Virus record (IMG/VR): IMGVR_UViG_3300029288_000114
Location: 1 to 64,000 of that record
Length of the DNA: 64,000 nucleotides
Strand: one strand, 5' to 3'
DNA from: a virus
Taxonomy: Duplodnaviria > Caudoviricetes
In this document: positions 47,423 to 57,361 of the stretch, in pieces
How the letters are laid out: every line of letters begins with the position of its first letter
Numbering within the stretch: the first letter of the stretch is position 1
Program-made: the position numbers and the translations under genes
Notes under the pieces: model-generated
Seen by the model: the letters and a program-made list of their open reading frames with translations, nothing else
What the model was told of the DNA's origin: nothing
Database searches by the model: none

Positions 47423-47727
47423 TACAATTCCCCCATCATCTCGCGCACAAAATAATCTCTGATATTGTACCCTTCGCCGATGGCGCGCAGCGCAATGGCT
47501 TTCAGGTTCATATACGCCGCGCCGTATTGCCCACACTCGGCGCTTGTATCTTCAACGATCTTCTCTAGCGCGCCAAGATACGCTTTGGCAATACGTTCTA
47601 GGCACTCGCGCCCCATTTCTTCGCGGCGCTCTATACTCTCGATAAGTTTGGCGATGTGCTCCGCGTCTTCTTCCATGGCGACTCCGTTAATATATAGCCC
47701 GGCATTTGTCCCGTAGATCGTACTCAT
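47422..47727 (-). CDS. Hypothetical protein
   Basis: Overlaps neighbours by start/stop codons. Confidence 0.55.
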   Translation of the reverse strand: MSTIYGTNAGLYINGVAMEEDAEHIAKLIESIERREEMGRECLERIAKAYLGALEKIVEDTSAECGQYGAAYMNLKAIALRAIGEGYNIRDYFVREMMGEL

Positions 47728-48587
47728 AAATACATCACCCCAAACATTGCTACGCCCCATAGGGCGATGTCAACCTGTAACGCCCGATCTTTTAACAGCG
47801 CCTCATCGGGCGCGAGTTGCATCTTCTCGATATGAACCAGATAGAGATAGCGAAAGATGCCATAGACCACAAACACAATCGTTGTCGCCGCGAGATGATT
47901 GCTCCGCATATTTGTCGCCGTGATGGTGTAGAGTGAATACATAGCGATGCACAGCGTTGCCGAGATGTTGAGTAATTGCCCCGTGAATTCATGGTTGTTG
48001 TAGTTTTTGTCCCGCGCGCTCTGCGCATTACCGTTAATGGACTCGGCATAACGTTTGCCGAATCCCAGGAATAACGCCAGGAAGAACACGCACAGGATAA
48101 GCCATAGCGACATGCTCTCGGCGTTCACGGCGAACATCCCCGCGACAACACGCAGCACAAAGCCGGTGGTGATTGATAGCACGTCTACAATCGGCTTGTG
48201 TTTCAAGGACATCGTATACGCCAACTGCATGGCGATATACCAGCCCAAGATATAACTGAATTGCTCATTTACAATCCGCGACAGAACGAACGCGCCCGTT
48301 CCTACAAGAACGGACAGTCCCGCGGCCGTTTGCCACTTCAATGCACCGCTGGCAATCGGGCGATGCGCCTTGCGTGGATTCCTGGCATCGTCTTTCTCGT
48401 CTACAATATCATTGAGTACATACACGAATCCTGATGCCAAACAAAATACCAAGAATCCAAGCGTGGCGCTCCACAAATATTGCAGATCGAACAGCTTGCG
48501 ATCAAAGAACAACGGCGCAAGCACAAACACGTTCTTGACCCATTGCTTAGGGCGCATCGATTTAAGAAACAGAATCGCGGTCTTCAT
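47724..48587 (-). CDS. UbiA-family prenyltransferase, polyprenyl-phosphate phosphoribosyltransferase (DPPR synthase)-like
   Basis: MRPKQWVKN.FV..PL.F, YVLNDI.D...D...P.K..RPIASG, AY...LKH....DV, GFVLRV.AG, KRYAE, YGIFRY. Confidence 0.9.
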   Translation of the reverse strand: MKTAILFLKSMRPKQWVKNVFVLAPLFFDRKLFDLQYLWSATLGFLVFCLASGFVYVLNDIVDEKDDARNPRKAHRPIASGALKWQTAAGLSVLVGTGAFVLSRIVNEQFSYILGWYIAMQLAYTMSLKHKPIVDVLSITTGFVLRVVAGMFAVNAESMSLWLILCVFFLALFLGFGKRYAESINGNAQSARDKNYNNHEFTGQLLNISATLCIAMYSLYTITATNMRSNHLAATTIVFVVYGIFRYLYLVHIEKMQLAPDEALLKDRALQVDIALWGVAMFGVMYL

Positions 48588-48786
48588 CCTCGTCCTCGTA
48601 GATGTCTGCTGGAATCGCTTTTAGATCGTACAGCAACCCAATCAGCTCGTCGATGTCTGCATAATTAAAGTCCCATGCCAGACCAGTCTCTTCGTTGTCT
48701 GGCATGGGGTGCCAGATACAACACCCGATACCGTTTTGATATTGTACTTTGTCGGCGCAGAATGTCTTTGATCTAATGTACGGCAT
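48562..48786 (-). CDS. Small hypothetical protein
   Basis: ATG directly after the upstream stop. Confidence 0.45.
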   Translation of the reverse strand: MPYIRSKTFCADKVQYQNGIGCCIWHPMPDNEETGLAWDFNYADIDELIGLLYDLKAIPADIYEDEDEDRDSVS

Positions 48787-48787
48787 C

Positions 48788-49003
48788 TTAAATCGTATGC
48801 GTATCCAAAAACCAGTCCAACCCCAAGCGTTCGGCAATCCCGATAGCTTTTTGTGGGTTGATCGCCCAAATGTCAAACAGTTTCTCTGGGTCGGATTCCA
48901 CAAGCGAATCCAGTTCTGCATTAATGCTCTCCACCACTGCTTCCGCACGCGCCAATGCCGCCCCTAGCGCAACAATCTTCTCTTGCTTGTCTTTATCGTT
49001 CAT
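48788..49003 (-). CDS. Small hypothetical protein
   Basis: AAAGGAG RBS downstream of a promoter. Confidence 0.6.
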   Translation of the reverse strand: MNDKDKQEKIVALGAALARAEAVVESINAELDSLVESDPEKLFDIWAINPQKAIGIAERLGLDWFLDTHTI

Positions 49004-49032
49004 CAGTGTTCTCCTTTAATCGGTATGCTTAG

Positions 49033-49074
49033 ATTGTAGCACGATTAGGCGTGAGCAACAGTGACAAACATCAC
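49033..49074 (-). promoter_or_regulatory. Promoter: CRP/FNR-like box (GTGACAAACATCAC) + N22 + extended -10 TACAAT
   Basis: Box centred at -41.5. Confidence 0.7.
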
Positions 49075-49092
49075 CGCCGCTCACGCCGCTTG

Positions 49093-49707
49093 TCACTTCC
49101 GCAACTCTTTGATTAAGAGCCTAGACCAGCTCTCGTAACCCTCGTCCTCATTGATGTCGTTCAGCGACACGAACCCAAAGTCCGTATGCCTCTCTGTATC
49201 AACACAATACACGCCACTGGCAGTCGCGTAATAAACGATACCAATATGCACACGCCCGACATCATTCGAGTCATCGTAGATCAATCCTGCCGGAGTAGCC
49301 GTAAGGCAGAAATAGTCGTAGGCAAATTCTTCGTTGAACTCTCGCAACAGGGCGCGATTCACCATCGCCGAGAACGACAGTTTGCCATTCGCGGCATCCT
49401 GTAGATTGATGTGACCGCCAACACCGACCGACCAATTCCCGTACAGGCGCTCATCCCCGCCCTTTTTAGTACGGCGGTATTGAAGCACCCGTAATGTATC
49501 GCGGCTGAATACCACGATGTACGGGATTACCTGCAAGAATTGGTGGCTGTGTTCCGCAACACTGCGCGGGAGCATACAGGTGTCACGCCACAATTCATTC
49601 TGATAGTGGCGGATAAATTCAGATGCCGCATAACCATCCAACATTGCCCCGGTTGCCCATTTAAATTTCGGGTCGTTTGTAATACAAAGTACCGTTTCGT
49701 TAGACAT
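49093..49707 (-). CDS. Nudix-fold phosphoesterase (COG4112-like)
   Basis: QVIPY, Y.R.KKGG.ERL...S.G.GGHIN, REF.EE, D.SNDVGRVH.G. Confidence 0.85.
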   Translation of the reverse strand: MSNETVLCITNDPKFKWATGAMLDGYAASEFIRHYQNELWRDTCMLPRSVAEHSHQFLQVIPYIVVFSRDTLRVLQYRRTKKGGDERLYGNWSVGVGGHINLQDAANGKLSFSAMVNRALLREFNEEFAYDYFCLTATPAGLIYDDSNDVGRVHIGIVYYATASGVYCVDTERHTDFGFVSLNDINEDEGYESWSRLLIKELRK

Positions 49708-49993
49708 CGATCCCCCAACTCTCGTATGCACTTCTAATGTACTTGGCAACTTCTTCGCTCTCGGTGTGCTGTTCTAGCATGATCGGCACAACTACGGCCT
49801 TGAAGTATGCCAAAAATGACATCTCTCTGGCAACCGCAACGCTATCTGCACAATCCCCAAGACTAATGACAATTTCAATGCTGTTAAAGTTCAGACCAAG
49901 AATCGAGTCTAGCATATCCTTGTGTCTAATCCATTGCCAGTCTCCCCCCTCTGGCGGGGCGATCTCTTTGTCGAACCATAACCTAAGCTGCAT
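49700..49993 (-). CDS. Degenerate cyclic-phosphate-processing receiver-like protein
   Basis: LWFDKEIAPP...W.W...ISLGD...HT pattern. Weak match. Confidence 0.4.
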   Translation of the reverse strand: MQLRLWFDKEIAPPEGGDWQWIRHKDMLDSILGLNFNSIEIVISLGDCADSVAVAREMSFLAYFKAVVVPIMLEQHTESEEVAKYIRSAYESWGIDV

Positions 49994-50171
49994 GCGCCAG
50001 CCGTCCCTTTACCGCAGCCAAGATGATGCTGAGTTCATCTGCCGTTAGCGGCTTGGTCAACGCTGGAATATTATCCAGATCGTATACATCAAATAGGGCG
50101 TGGCAATCCGAGCACATAATCACGCCGGGAAGTTCAACGATCTCGTCAGTCTCCAGATGTTCGCAGTCCAT
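49983..50171 (-). CDS. Small Zn-binding hypothetical protein
   Basis: CEH...CSDC, GGAGGA RBS. Confidence 0.5.
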   Translation of the reverse strand: MDCEHLETDEIVELPGVIMCSDCHALFDVYDLDNIPALTKPLTADELSIILAAVKGRLAHAA

Positions 50172-50267
50172 TGCTATCCTCCAGAACAAAACACGAATAA
50201 TGCTACTATCGCCAATACAGCGATAGCCAACAACAAAATCCTGAACAAGTGATAGCGCGCTCGCCAG

Positions 50268-50906
50268 CTATTCGTCTTGTGCCTCGAACCATTCTGGGTG
50301 TTCACTCGCCACTTTCTCGCGATATGGAACAAACACTGCCGGTGCGTAGTATATCAACAAGTCAAGCATCTTAATGCACATATCGCGGATTTCCCACTGT
50401 GCAGCGGGATGTATGCGCATATCAAATAGATGCAGGTATCCACGCAAGTTTGTTGTAATCAGAATAGTCGTCTTCGTGGCTTTGGGAAGCACAAAACGCG
50501 CATCCTCCTTTGGTATGCCGTCGGCCCGCAAAAGACAATACATAGTGAATAGCCCGTCTGCAATCTTGGTGTATGCAGATAGAGCCTCTTCGTTCTTGCG
50601 GATCGACTCTGGCACAACATATGATGGCTCGTTAAATTCGCAGTACCTTTCCGACATTTGGGCATAACTCACCAGACGATGCCGCACAAGCTGATGGCTT
50701 GCTGTCCGACTAATCCCTTCAACCAAGAACGTCACAGAGTTGTGCTCTAACAAGCCCAAGTGCTGCTCGTCAATCCGTTGACGGATGAATCGCTCTGATT
50801 GTCCAAACCTGGACAACGAGTTCGTGCATACACGCCCGGCGTACTCGATCAGATATTGCGGCTCGAAATCAAGAGCCTGAGTAGTGGCAATGATTTTAAC
50901 TTTCAT
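50268..50906 (-). CDS. thyX: FAD-dependent thymidylate synthase
   Basis: SRTASHQLVRHR..SYAQMSERY, EDARFVLP, N.R, AQWEIR. Confidence 0.95.
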   Translation of the reverse strand: MKVKIIATTQALDFEPQYLIEYAGRVCTNSLSRFGQSERFIRQRIDEQHLGLLEHNSVTFLVEGISRTASHQLVRHRLVSYAQMSERYCEFNEPSYVVPESIRKNEEALSAYTKIADGLFTMYCLLRADGIPKEDARFVLPKATKTTILITTNLRGYLHLFDMRIHPAAQWEIRDMCIKMLDLLIYYAPAVFVPYREKVASEHPEWFEAQDE

Positions 50907-51295
50907 TGCTATGCCAGCGCGTGACCCAAGAACATAGGCCAAAACACAAGAATTACCATGAACTCTAAAAGATTGTCTGTCTGTTTGCCGTATGCGTACC
51001 AGTAGCCGAATAGAAAATATACAACAAGCAAAAATACAAGCTCCATGTTATTCCCCCAAGAATCTAAACCTGTTTCTGAATACATCTAGCGAAAACATAC
51101 CGTCTCCACCGTCAGCATAAACGAACTTGACGAACAGCTCGTTTACCCGCGCCACAATCCCTCTCCTGCGCAGAAACATATCTTCGTATTCGCGCCCCTC
51201 TCTAATTCCATGCAGGTTCCTGAACACGCTCGACCCTCACAACATCACGCAATGCTCTACCGCTATTCCAAATTTTCAGCAATGCAGATACAACA

Positions 51296-52385
51296 CTATG
51301 CCCACTGAAACATTGGCTGTACATGCGCTTGTCCATCTGATTGTAAAACAGTATCTCGATCACCGACGTTCACCCCCTGTAAGATTTCACCCGCCATCCG
51401 CTCGATGGCTTCTGCGAATGTTTCGTTTTCTTGTCGCTGCGCCACATACGTCGCGCCATTAACCACGTCCATCATTCGCACGTCGTTTGCCCGTGCGGAT
51501 TCGCCAGCGTTACCGACAGATGCGCCTTGCCATTCGTCGGCTACGGTCTTTGACAAGCCGTATTTCTCGGCCCACTTGTCAATCAGCGGGCGTAGCGATT
51601 TGCTTTCAATATGCACGGACTCGCTTGCCACGAACTTCTCTGCGGCTTCTTCTGAAAGACGCAGCCCCTCAGCCAGCGCACCCGCTACCATCGCGGCAAG
51701 CACGTTAGAGTCGAAATAGCGATGCCGTACAATCACCGCAGTTTTCCGCTTCCCATCCATAGATTATGCCGTTCGTGCAAACCGAGCGATACAACCCGCC
51801 CGTCACTCGCGCACTACCATCGCCGATCTCGCTGTTACGAATGTACACGCCGGGATGTAATCCGCCGTATTTATCCGAGAATGTAATTTGCGGCAGCAAA
51901 ATATACGCCCGCAACCGATCCCCTACGCTCGGACGATGTACAAACGCATCAACGCCCTTGCCAACCGTTTCCATACCGCGCTCTACGAGACCGACAAATC
52001 TGTTATTGTCGAACACGGTGTAGTCGGTTGACAAAACAGCACGGAATGCGTCGCCTTGCGCCCGCATCAGATATTCGCGCCCCGCCTCTGCCTCTTTTTG
52101 CAAAAGGCGATTAAGGATTGTCGCTTCTAGGTCTGGCGGGCAACGGTCTGGATCACCGATCCAACGCAGGTCTGGCCCACCAATGCGCCCATTAAATTGC
52201 GCATATGCATAATCGTTCAGCGCCAGCTCCATCAATACCGACTGCTGCTCGAATAAAGTCGGCTGAGTCGGATAGCGCACGATCTTGTCTGCGACATAAT
52301 GTAGATCACCTGCCGCCAGCCTCTCATCCCAACAATCCTCTGCGTATTGATCTACCAAGTTTCTCAAATCGCCTAGCGTTTGCAT
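51296..52385 (-). CDS. DUF932-like protein split by a 1-nt frameshift near 51750
   Basis: RAVLS..Y..FDN, G..I.NSEIG.G, VCTNG.I, continuing in the other frame as AVIVRH...DVVNGATYVAQ...IE..AG.IL. Confidence 0.7.
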
Positions 52386-52481
52386 AACAACTCCTTTACA
52401 TAACTAACCAATGCTGACATAATAATGTATGTCGCGAGCGTCGCGGCGATGATGTAATATAAGATAACCGCATATACGATT

Positions 52482-52802
52482 CTAAGAACGCTCGTCGTCT
52501 TTGAACTTAAATGGTGTGATTTCTGGAATAACATCTGGGCAAACCTTTCTGGCGTATCCATAATACGGATCGCCCGGAGTTTGGTGGGCGTTTAACACAT
52601 ACAGCAACGCATCCATCAGCCTAGCTTCGAGAGGACGCTTTAATACATTCGTCTCTCGCTCTGGTACTGAAACGCTAGAGTTCTTGAAAGCCGAGTACAC
52701 TGCCGCCCTGGTTACGCCGTACATCTCGGCAACCCTCTGCACGCCGTGTGTACGGCACAAATCAATCAACACTTCAAGCGGCGGGAGTTTCTGCTTTGCC
52801 AT
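52482..52802 (-). CDS. HTH DNA-binding protein
   Basis: VQRVAEMYGVTRAAVY. Confidence 0.65.
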   Translation of the reverse strand: MAKQKLPPLEVLIDLCRTHGVQRVAEMYGVTRAAVYSAFKNSSVSVPERETNVLKRPLEARLMDALLYVLNAHQTPGDPYYGYARKVCPDVIPEITPFKFKDDERS

Positions 52803-53022
52803 TGCCCGTTCCAGTAACATCGTTCGGATTAACGCCGGTCGCATAAATATGCGCCATTGCCAGCACGTTTTCCGCATTCCTTACCGCCTGCGTGCTTGCC
52901 GCCGCAACAAGAAGCGCGACAATCATCAGCGGAACACCAGTCCAGGCAGGAATATCACCGGCCACCATTCCGACGTTTAGCCCATAAAACGCAACCCAAT
53001 GCAAAATCGCAATAGCTTTCAC
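52774..53022 (-). CDS. Small membrane protein
   Basis: Two hydrophobic helices, GAGGTG RBS. Confidence 0.55.
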   Translation of the reverse strand: MKAIAILHWVAFYGLNVGMVAGDIPAWTGVPLMIVALLVAAASTQAVRNAENVLAMAHIYATGVNPNDVTGTGNGKAETPAA

Positions 53023-53243
53023 TGTTTCACCTCATGGTTTTTGATATGTATTAATGTGGCAATATCAATGACAAGATAGAAAATGCTACGGGCGAAAAAT
53101 GGCACCTGTGCCGTTACGCCGAAATACACAATAGACAAGATTGTAGTAGCGGCGAATATAATCATCGCGTACTTGCGCGCTTTTATATTAACCACCCACC
53201 CAATTATTGCGCCAATATTGATAATCCAACTAAGAATGTCCAT
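53019..53243 (-). CDS. Small 3-TM membrane protein
   Basis: Hydrophobic 74 aa ORF. Confidence 0.6.
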   Translation of the reverse strand: MDILSWIINIGAIIGWVVNIKARKYAMIIFAATTILSIVYFGVTAQVPFFARSIFYLVIDIATLIHIKNHEVKQ

Positions 53244-53252
53244 GTATGTGCC

Positions 53253-53549
53253 CTAGAATGAAATATCGTCCAGATCATCTTCTGGTACTGGCTCGTTGGG
53301 ATCATACGGGCGACAGGTAATCGCCCACACGACTTTGCCACTGCCATTACAAACTTCGCACGTTCGCCCCTCTCCCAATTGCCGGTCAAGTATGTCACCA
53401 CGACCGCCGCAAGACGGGCACTCTTGTACACACTTGCCCTTAGCAATCTCTACCACCAATTCGAGGAACTTGGACAAGAAGCCGATGTCGTGGATATACG
53501 ACTCTGCCGATCTCGCTACCACATATTCATCAATGTAATCGTCATCCAT
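53253..53549 (-). CDS. DnaJ-type zinc-finger small protein
   Basis: CPSCGGRG...CEVCNGSG, AAGGAG RBS. Confidence 0.7.
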   Translation of the reverse strand: MDDDYIDEYVVARSAESYIHDIGFLSKFLELVVEIAKGKCVQECPSCGGRGDILDRQLGEGRTCEVCNGSGKVVWAITCRPYDPNEPVPEDDLDDISF

Positions 53550-53578
53550 TTGTTTTCTCCTTGCTGTGAATTGTTTTC

Positions 53579-53620
53579 AATATACCACCAATTCGCCGTA
53601 TTGCAAATGACATTGATTGC
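53579..53620 (-). promoter_or_regulatory. Promoter: degenerate CRP/FNR-like box + N22 + extended -10 TATATT (also TTGCAA -35)
   Basis: ATGAC half-site at the conserved position. Confidence 0.6.
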
Positions 53621-53639
53621 ACATTAGCCGTGATAGATG

Positions 53640-54506
53640 TTACTTGATTGCCCCAGCCGCTCGCAACACATCAATCTTGTTGGCGATGGTTGTGCGTGAG
53701 TAGCCAGTGATTTCTGCAAGCTGACTGTTGCTGGCGTCTGGATGCGTACGGATTGCATCGTACACGGCTTTGGTGACATCATCTTTCAATAGATTGTCCA
53801 GGACTTTCTTCTGTTGTGCGTCAGCCAACTCTTGCTTTATTCTGGCGCGCTCTGCTTTCTCATCGAACGCAGCCTGCGCGGGTTTACTTTTCTCGGCTTC
53901 CATTCGGTTGCGCTCTTGTGTCTCCCAGTTGTGCGCACCGTCATTCCACTTTGTCCAGCGTTCCTCGAATGAGGCGTTGTAGAAACCGAACTCCATTAAC
54001 CCGGCATAGAAATCAATACCGCTACACAGAATAAGAACAAGAGCGCCATACTCGCGCACAAAGCCCACCCATTGCGCCGACAGACTTGTAAGAGACACGT
54101 ACACCACAAATAGGTTTCCCAAGGTCGCAATGAGAGATATAAAAATCCCCGCCCAATCCATTGCGTTAGCCTCGCTGGACTCCGTGTTAAACCACAGAAC
54201 CTTTCTTTTATTGCCAGTTTTAATGCGATGTTTGCGAAACACCTCCGCCGCCGCCGCAATTGTGGACGCCTCCCCACCAAGCACCATGAAAGCAGAACCC
54301 CACTCGTGACCGTTCTTCGCCGCCAGCCCCGGAACGAACGCATTGTGCGCATACACTATCACTCCAATAGTGTACACAATCGCCGGCAACAACAACGCCC
54401 ACCACGAGAAACCAAGGCGTTTCGGTTCGGGCTTCCAGTATGGTCTAATGTCCGTTGTGTTCGATGGCATACTCTGCCGCCCAGTCGTAGATATTTTCGT
54501 AGTCAT
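53640..54506 (-). CDS. 4-TM membrane protein with coiled coil and C-terminal HTH (DUF2637/Spd-like architecture)
   Basis: Four hydrophobic helices, then HPDASNSQLAEITGYSRTTI. Confidence 0.65.
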   Translation of the reverse strand: MTTKISTTGRQSMPSNTTDIRPYWKPEPKRLGFSWWALLLPAIVYTIGVIVYAHNAFVPGLAAKNGHEWGSAFMVLGGEASTIAAAAEVFRKHRIKTGNKRKVLWFNTESSEANAMDWAGIFISLIATLGNLFVVYVSLTSLSAQWVGFVREYGALVLILCSGIDFYAGLMEFGFYNASFEERWTKWNDGAHNWETQERNRMEAEKSKPAQAAFDEKAERARIKQELADAQQKKVLDNLLKDDVTKAVYDAIRTHPDASNSQLAEITGYSRTTIANKIDVLRAAGAIK

Positions 54507-54642
54507 CAGCGCCTTCCTCTGCGTTGAAGTAAGAAGCCGCGTCCTCCGCCAAGAGCGTTGCGCTCATCTCGCCCGTTTGTGGATCGATATGGTATTTTGC
54601 CATCTCGCGGAAATATTTCAATACGTCTTTCTTGGCAATCAT
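54445..54642 (-). CDS. Small hypothetical protein
   Basis: GGGAG RBS, coupled. Confidence 0.5.
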   Translation of the reverse strand: MIAKKDVLKYFREMAKYHIDPQTGEMSATLLAEDAASYFNAEEGADDYENIYDWAAEYAIEHNGH

Positions 54643-55001
54643 TATTTTCTCCCGAAATGGATTCCGTTGATTTGAATATTATCTCCGATAGCGCCGATCT
54701 GCGCACCGACCAGAACTCCGTCAACCCTATCTGCGGTCATATTGATCTGGCAATTGACTTTCTGCCCGTCCTGCTGAAAGGCTACGACATTATTGCCACC
54801 AACCACGTTGCCGTCTCCAACAATAACGGTATCCCCGCCGCCTGCTTGCATCTCGTCGCCAGGAAGATACTCAGTCCCGCAATACGGGCATTTGATAGAT
54901 TGCCGTGCCCGTACAATGGCGATGCCGTCCGAGACAAACGCCTTGCTATCGTCAGTAATCTCCAGCTTGCCGTGACATTGCGTACAAATTAAAGCGATCA
55001 T
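54642..55001 (-). CDS. Zinc-ribbon protein with Gly/Asn/Val-rich tail
   Basis: CTQC...CPYCG, AAGGAG RBS. Confidence 0.6.
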   Translation of the reverse strand: MIALICTQCHGKLEITDDSKAFVSDGIAIVRARQSIKCPYCGTEYLPGDEMQAGGGDTVIVGDGNVVGGNNVVAFQQDGQKVNCQINMTADRVDGVLVGAQIGAIGDNIQINGIHFGRK

Positions 55002-55011
55002 TATTTTCTCC

Positions 55012-55413
55012 TTAATATGGTTCGTGAAGACTAAACACAACTCTTTCTACCTTAATGCCATAACCTACCGTATCCCAAGCTAACGCGCTGCCCCAATCAA
55101 TCTCTCCGACAATACCGCCGTTAATCATCCAGTTTATTGTCTGCGCGTCCCCGGCGCAATCAATCACCAGGAAAGAACGCACATCATCCGTCTTCACATT
55201 ACGCAGCCACCACACTTCCCCGATATGTTCGCACTCCAAGACCGCGAGATAGCCGTCCGTCTCTGGTAATTCTTGCGGCAACGTCATCGAGACTCGTGGC
55301 GGATCGGTTTGTTGCCTCACGGCTATAGTACGCTCCGCAACCCCGCCGCCGTATTGAGATGCAGTGCCAGACACCAGAACGATAACAATCAGGGCCGCTC
55401 TTACTAACGGCAT
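55012..55413 (-). CDS. Exported RlpA-like double-psi beta-barrel protein (putative)
   Basis: Signal-like N-terminus, GTASQY...AV..C..IG...VIDC...EID pattern. Confidence 0.5.
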   Translation of the reverse strand: MPLVRAALIVIVLVSGTASQYGGGVAERTIAVRQQTDPPRVSMTLPQELPETDGYLAVLECEHIGEVWWLRNVKTDDVRSFLVIDCAGDAQTINWMINGGIVGEIDWGSALAWDTVGYGIKVERVVFSLHEPY

Positions 55414-55586
55414 GTGTACTCCACTATTTGCCGACACACAGCCGCGTCAGCGCCGATCTTTATGCAGCCCATCCAAGCCCGCACGTCGCAGGATAGGTAT
55501 GCGGCAACTCCGATTGCAATGAGCACAAGTATCAAGATGGCAACAACTTTCCACATAACAGTTTCTCCTTTGTTTGTGATAGGTCT

Positions 55587-55628
55587 ATCTTATCACGAAT
55601 CATCCGCGACGACAGTGATGAATGTAAT
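55587..55628 (-). promoter_or_regulatory. Promoter: CRP/FNR-like box (GTGATGAATGTAAT) + N22 + extended -10 TAAGAT
   Basis: Conserved geometry, AAAGGAG RBS downstream. Confidence 0.6.
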
Positions 55629-55646
55629 AACGAGCCGCGCAGAGTG

Positions 55647-56036
55647 TCACATTCCGCGCACGATATATTTGATCGCTCGCGAGATTCGTTCCCTGACAGT
55701 CTTGCGGGGCGAAGGTGTCCACTCATAAGCAATCTCTTGCGGGGCGAAGATGTAGTCCGTGACACCTACATGATGAATGTGCAGTGTTAGCGTGAGATAT
55801 TGCCCCGGGCCTGGATAGTCCTGATCGTACATACTCATATATTTGAATCCGGGTACATTCTCCCACTTCTGCACGATTTCGATGCAGTATGGATGTGTAT
55901 ATGGCTCTGCGGATTCCCACATCTCATCAACTAGCGCGCCGAGTATTTGATGCTTAATAGACTGTTCGGCATAGGCGCGTTGCGCTTGGGGTGCGTCGTC
56001 CGGGATGAATATGCGCGCCGAGTATTTATCGTTCAT
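55647..56036 (-). CDS. Hypothetical protein
   Basis: GAGG RBS, coupled to the methyltransferase. Confidence 0.55.
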   Translation of the reverse strand: MNDKYSARIFIPDDAPQAQRAYAEQSIKHQILGALVDEMWESAEPYTHPYCIEIVQKWENVPGFKYMSMYDQDYPGPGQYLTLTLHIHHVGVTDYIFAPQEIAYEWTPSPRKTVRERISRAIKYIVRGM

Positions 56037-57328
56037 CAGAACAACCTCTGGTTTGCAATACGATATTCTGCTTCCGTGACCGTCTCGGCGATCTCGAAAT
56101 AATCGCCGTCCATCTCTACGCCAATAAAGTCGCGCATCTCGCGCGCACAAGCCATCGCAGTCCTACCGCTTCCGACGAATTGATCGAGTACCACGCCGCC
56201 GTGAGGCGGCTTCGTCAAGCGCACCAACCACTGCATAAGTGACAAGGGCTTAACCGTGTTGTGAATGTTACCAATCATCCGCTCGCGTTCCGGCAAGGCG
56301 TCGTACTCGTCCTTTGTGATCCGCGCGTATCCAGAGCTGGACAACTTATCGCGTCGCCAGTAGAGATGCTGGCAATGCAAATCGCGCTCAGACGGTGACG
56401 CTTTAGCCGTATAGAAGAATCGTGCCGCACTACCCTCATCTGCATAGACGGTTTCTGGATTGATGACGTTGTTTACAAACTTGCTGTAACACACTCCCGG
56501 AGTGTGTTCGCCCACAAAGCCGCCCGGTTTCACTGCCCCGCTCTTAGTGTGCGGGAATAGAGAGAGAACTTCATCGCTGCCATCGTGGGCTAAATTACAA
56601 GGGAAACGGCCCTCGCCAACCTCTTTATATGTGCCGTCCCATTCATCGAACTTGCCATAGGCGTTCTTTGTACTTCGCCCGGTCTTCATTGTCCTTGATT
56701 CGGCTTCTGTCCTGCATTCCCCCACGTTAAACCCCGCCAATCCCCATTTCTGTGCATTGCTCACGTAGTTGCCATCCAGCGGCTTCATCGCCACGATAAC
56801 TGGCTCGAATGACGGCTTGATGCAAGTATGATAGTCATCGAATCGCTGCGCCAGATCGGTTGCCGGTACGGTGATAGGCAAGTCGCGGCTCTCCGGTTGC
56901 CAGTTGTCATCGCGGATTGTTCCTCTGCCAACTCCGTTGACGCTCATCCCCGCGCCTTTGGCTACGCCAACGACTTCGCGCTGCGCGCCTCTTGCTTTAT
57001 CAATCGCCTTGCTAATGTTCATTCCAGCCGGACGACCACTGCCATACACCCACATTATAGTGTCGCGTATCTCCCAACCGGCGTCTTCGATATAGCACGC
57101 CATACGATGAAATGTACGAGCGCCGCCGAACACGAGCATATATGCTCCTGGCTTCGCCACTCGTAAAGCCTGTTCCCAAAATTCTATTCCGGGAACGCCG
57201 CGATCCCACCCGCGCCCCATAAAATTTATCCCATACGGCGGGTCGGTGATAATAGTGTCAATGCTGTTTTCTGGTAGCATTGGCAACACATTGCGATTGT
57301 CGTCTCGGTACAATTTGTAGTTAGGCAT
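56036..57328 (-). CDS. Beta-class N6-adenine/N4-cytosine DNA methyltransferase
   Basis: TDPPY, GWEIRD.IMW.YGSG, HNTVKP..LM, VLDQFVGSG.T. Confidence 0.93.
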   Translation of the reverse strand: MPNYKLYRDDNRNVLPMLPENSIDTIITDPPYGINFMGRGWDRGVPGIEFWEQALRVAKPGAYMLVFGGARTFHRMACYIEDAGWEIRDTIMWVYGSGRPAGMNISKAIDKARGAQREVVGVAKGAGMSVNGVGRGTIRDDNWQPESRDLPITVPATDLAQRFDDYHTCIKPSFEPVIVAMKPLDGNYVSNAQKWGLAGFNVGECRTEAESRTMKTGRSTKNAYGKFDEWDGTYKEVGEGRFPCNLAHDGSDEVLSLFPHTKSGAVKPGGFVGEHTPGVCYSKFVNNVINPETVYADEGSAARFFYTAKASPSERDLHCQHLYWRRDKLSSSGYARITKDEYDALPERERMIGNIHNTVKPLSLMQWLVRLTKPPHGGVVLDQFVGSGRTAMACAREMRDFIGVEMDGDYFEIAETVTEAEYRIANQRLF

Positions 57329-57361
57329 CAGTATATCCCCATATTCATTAACGGTCTCTCA

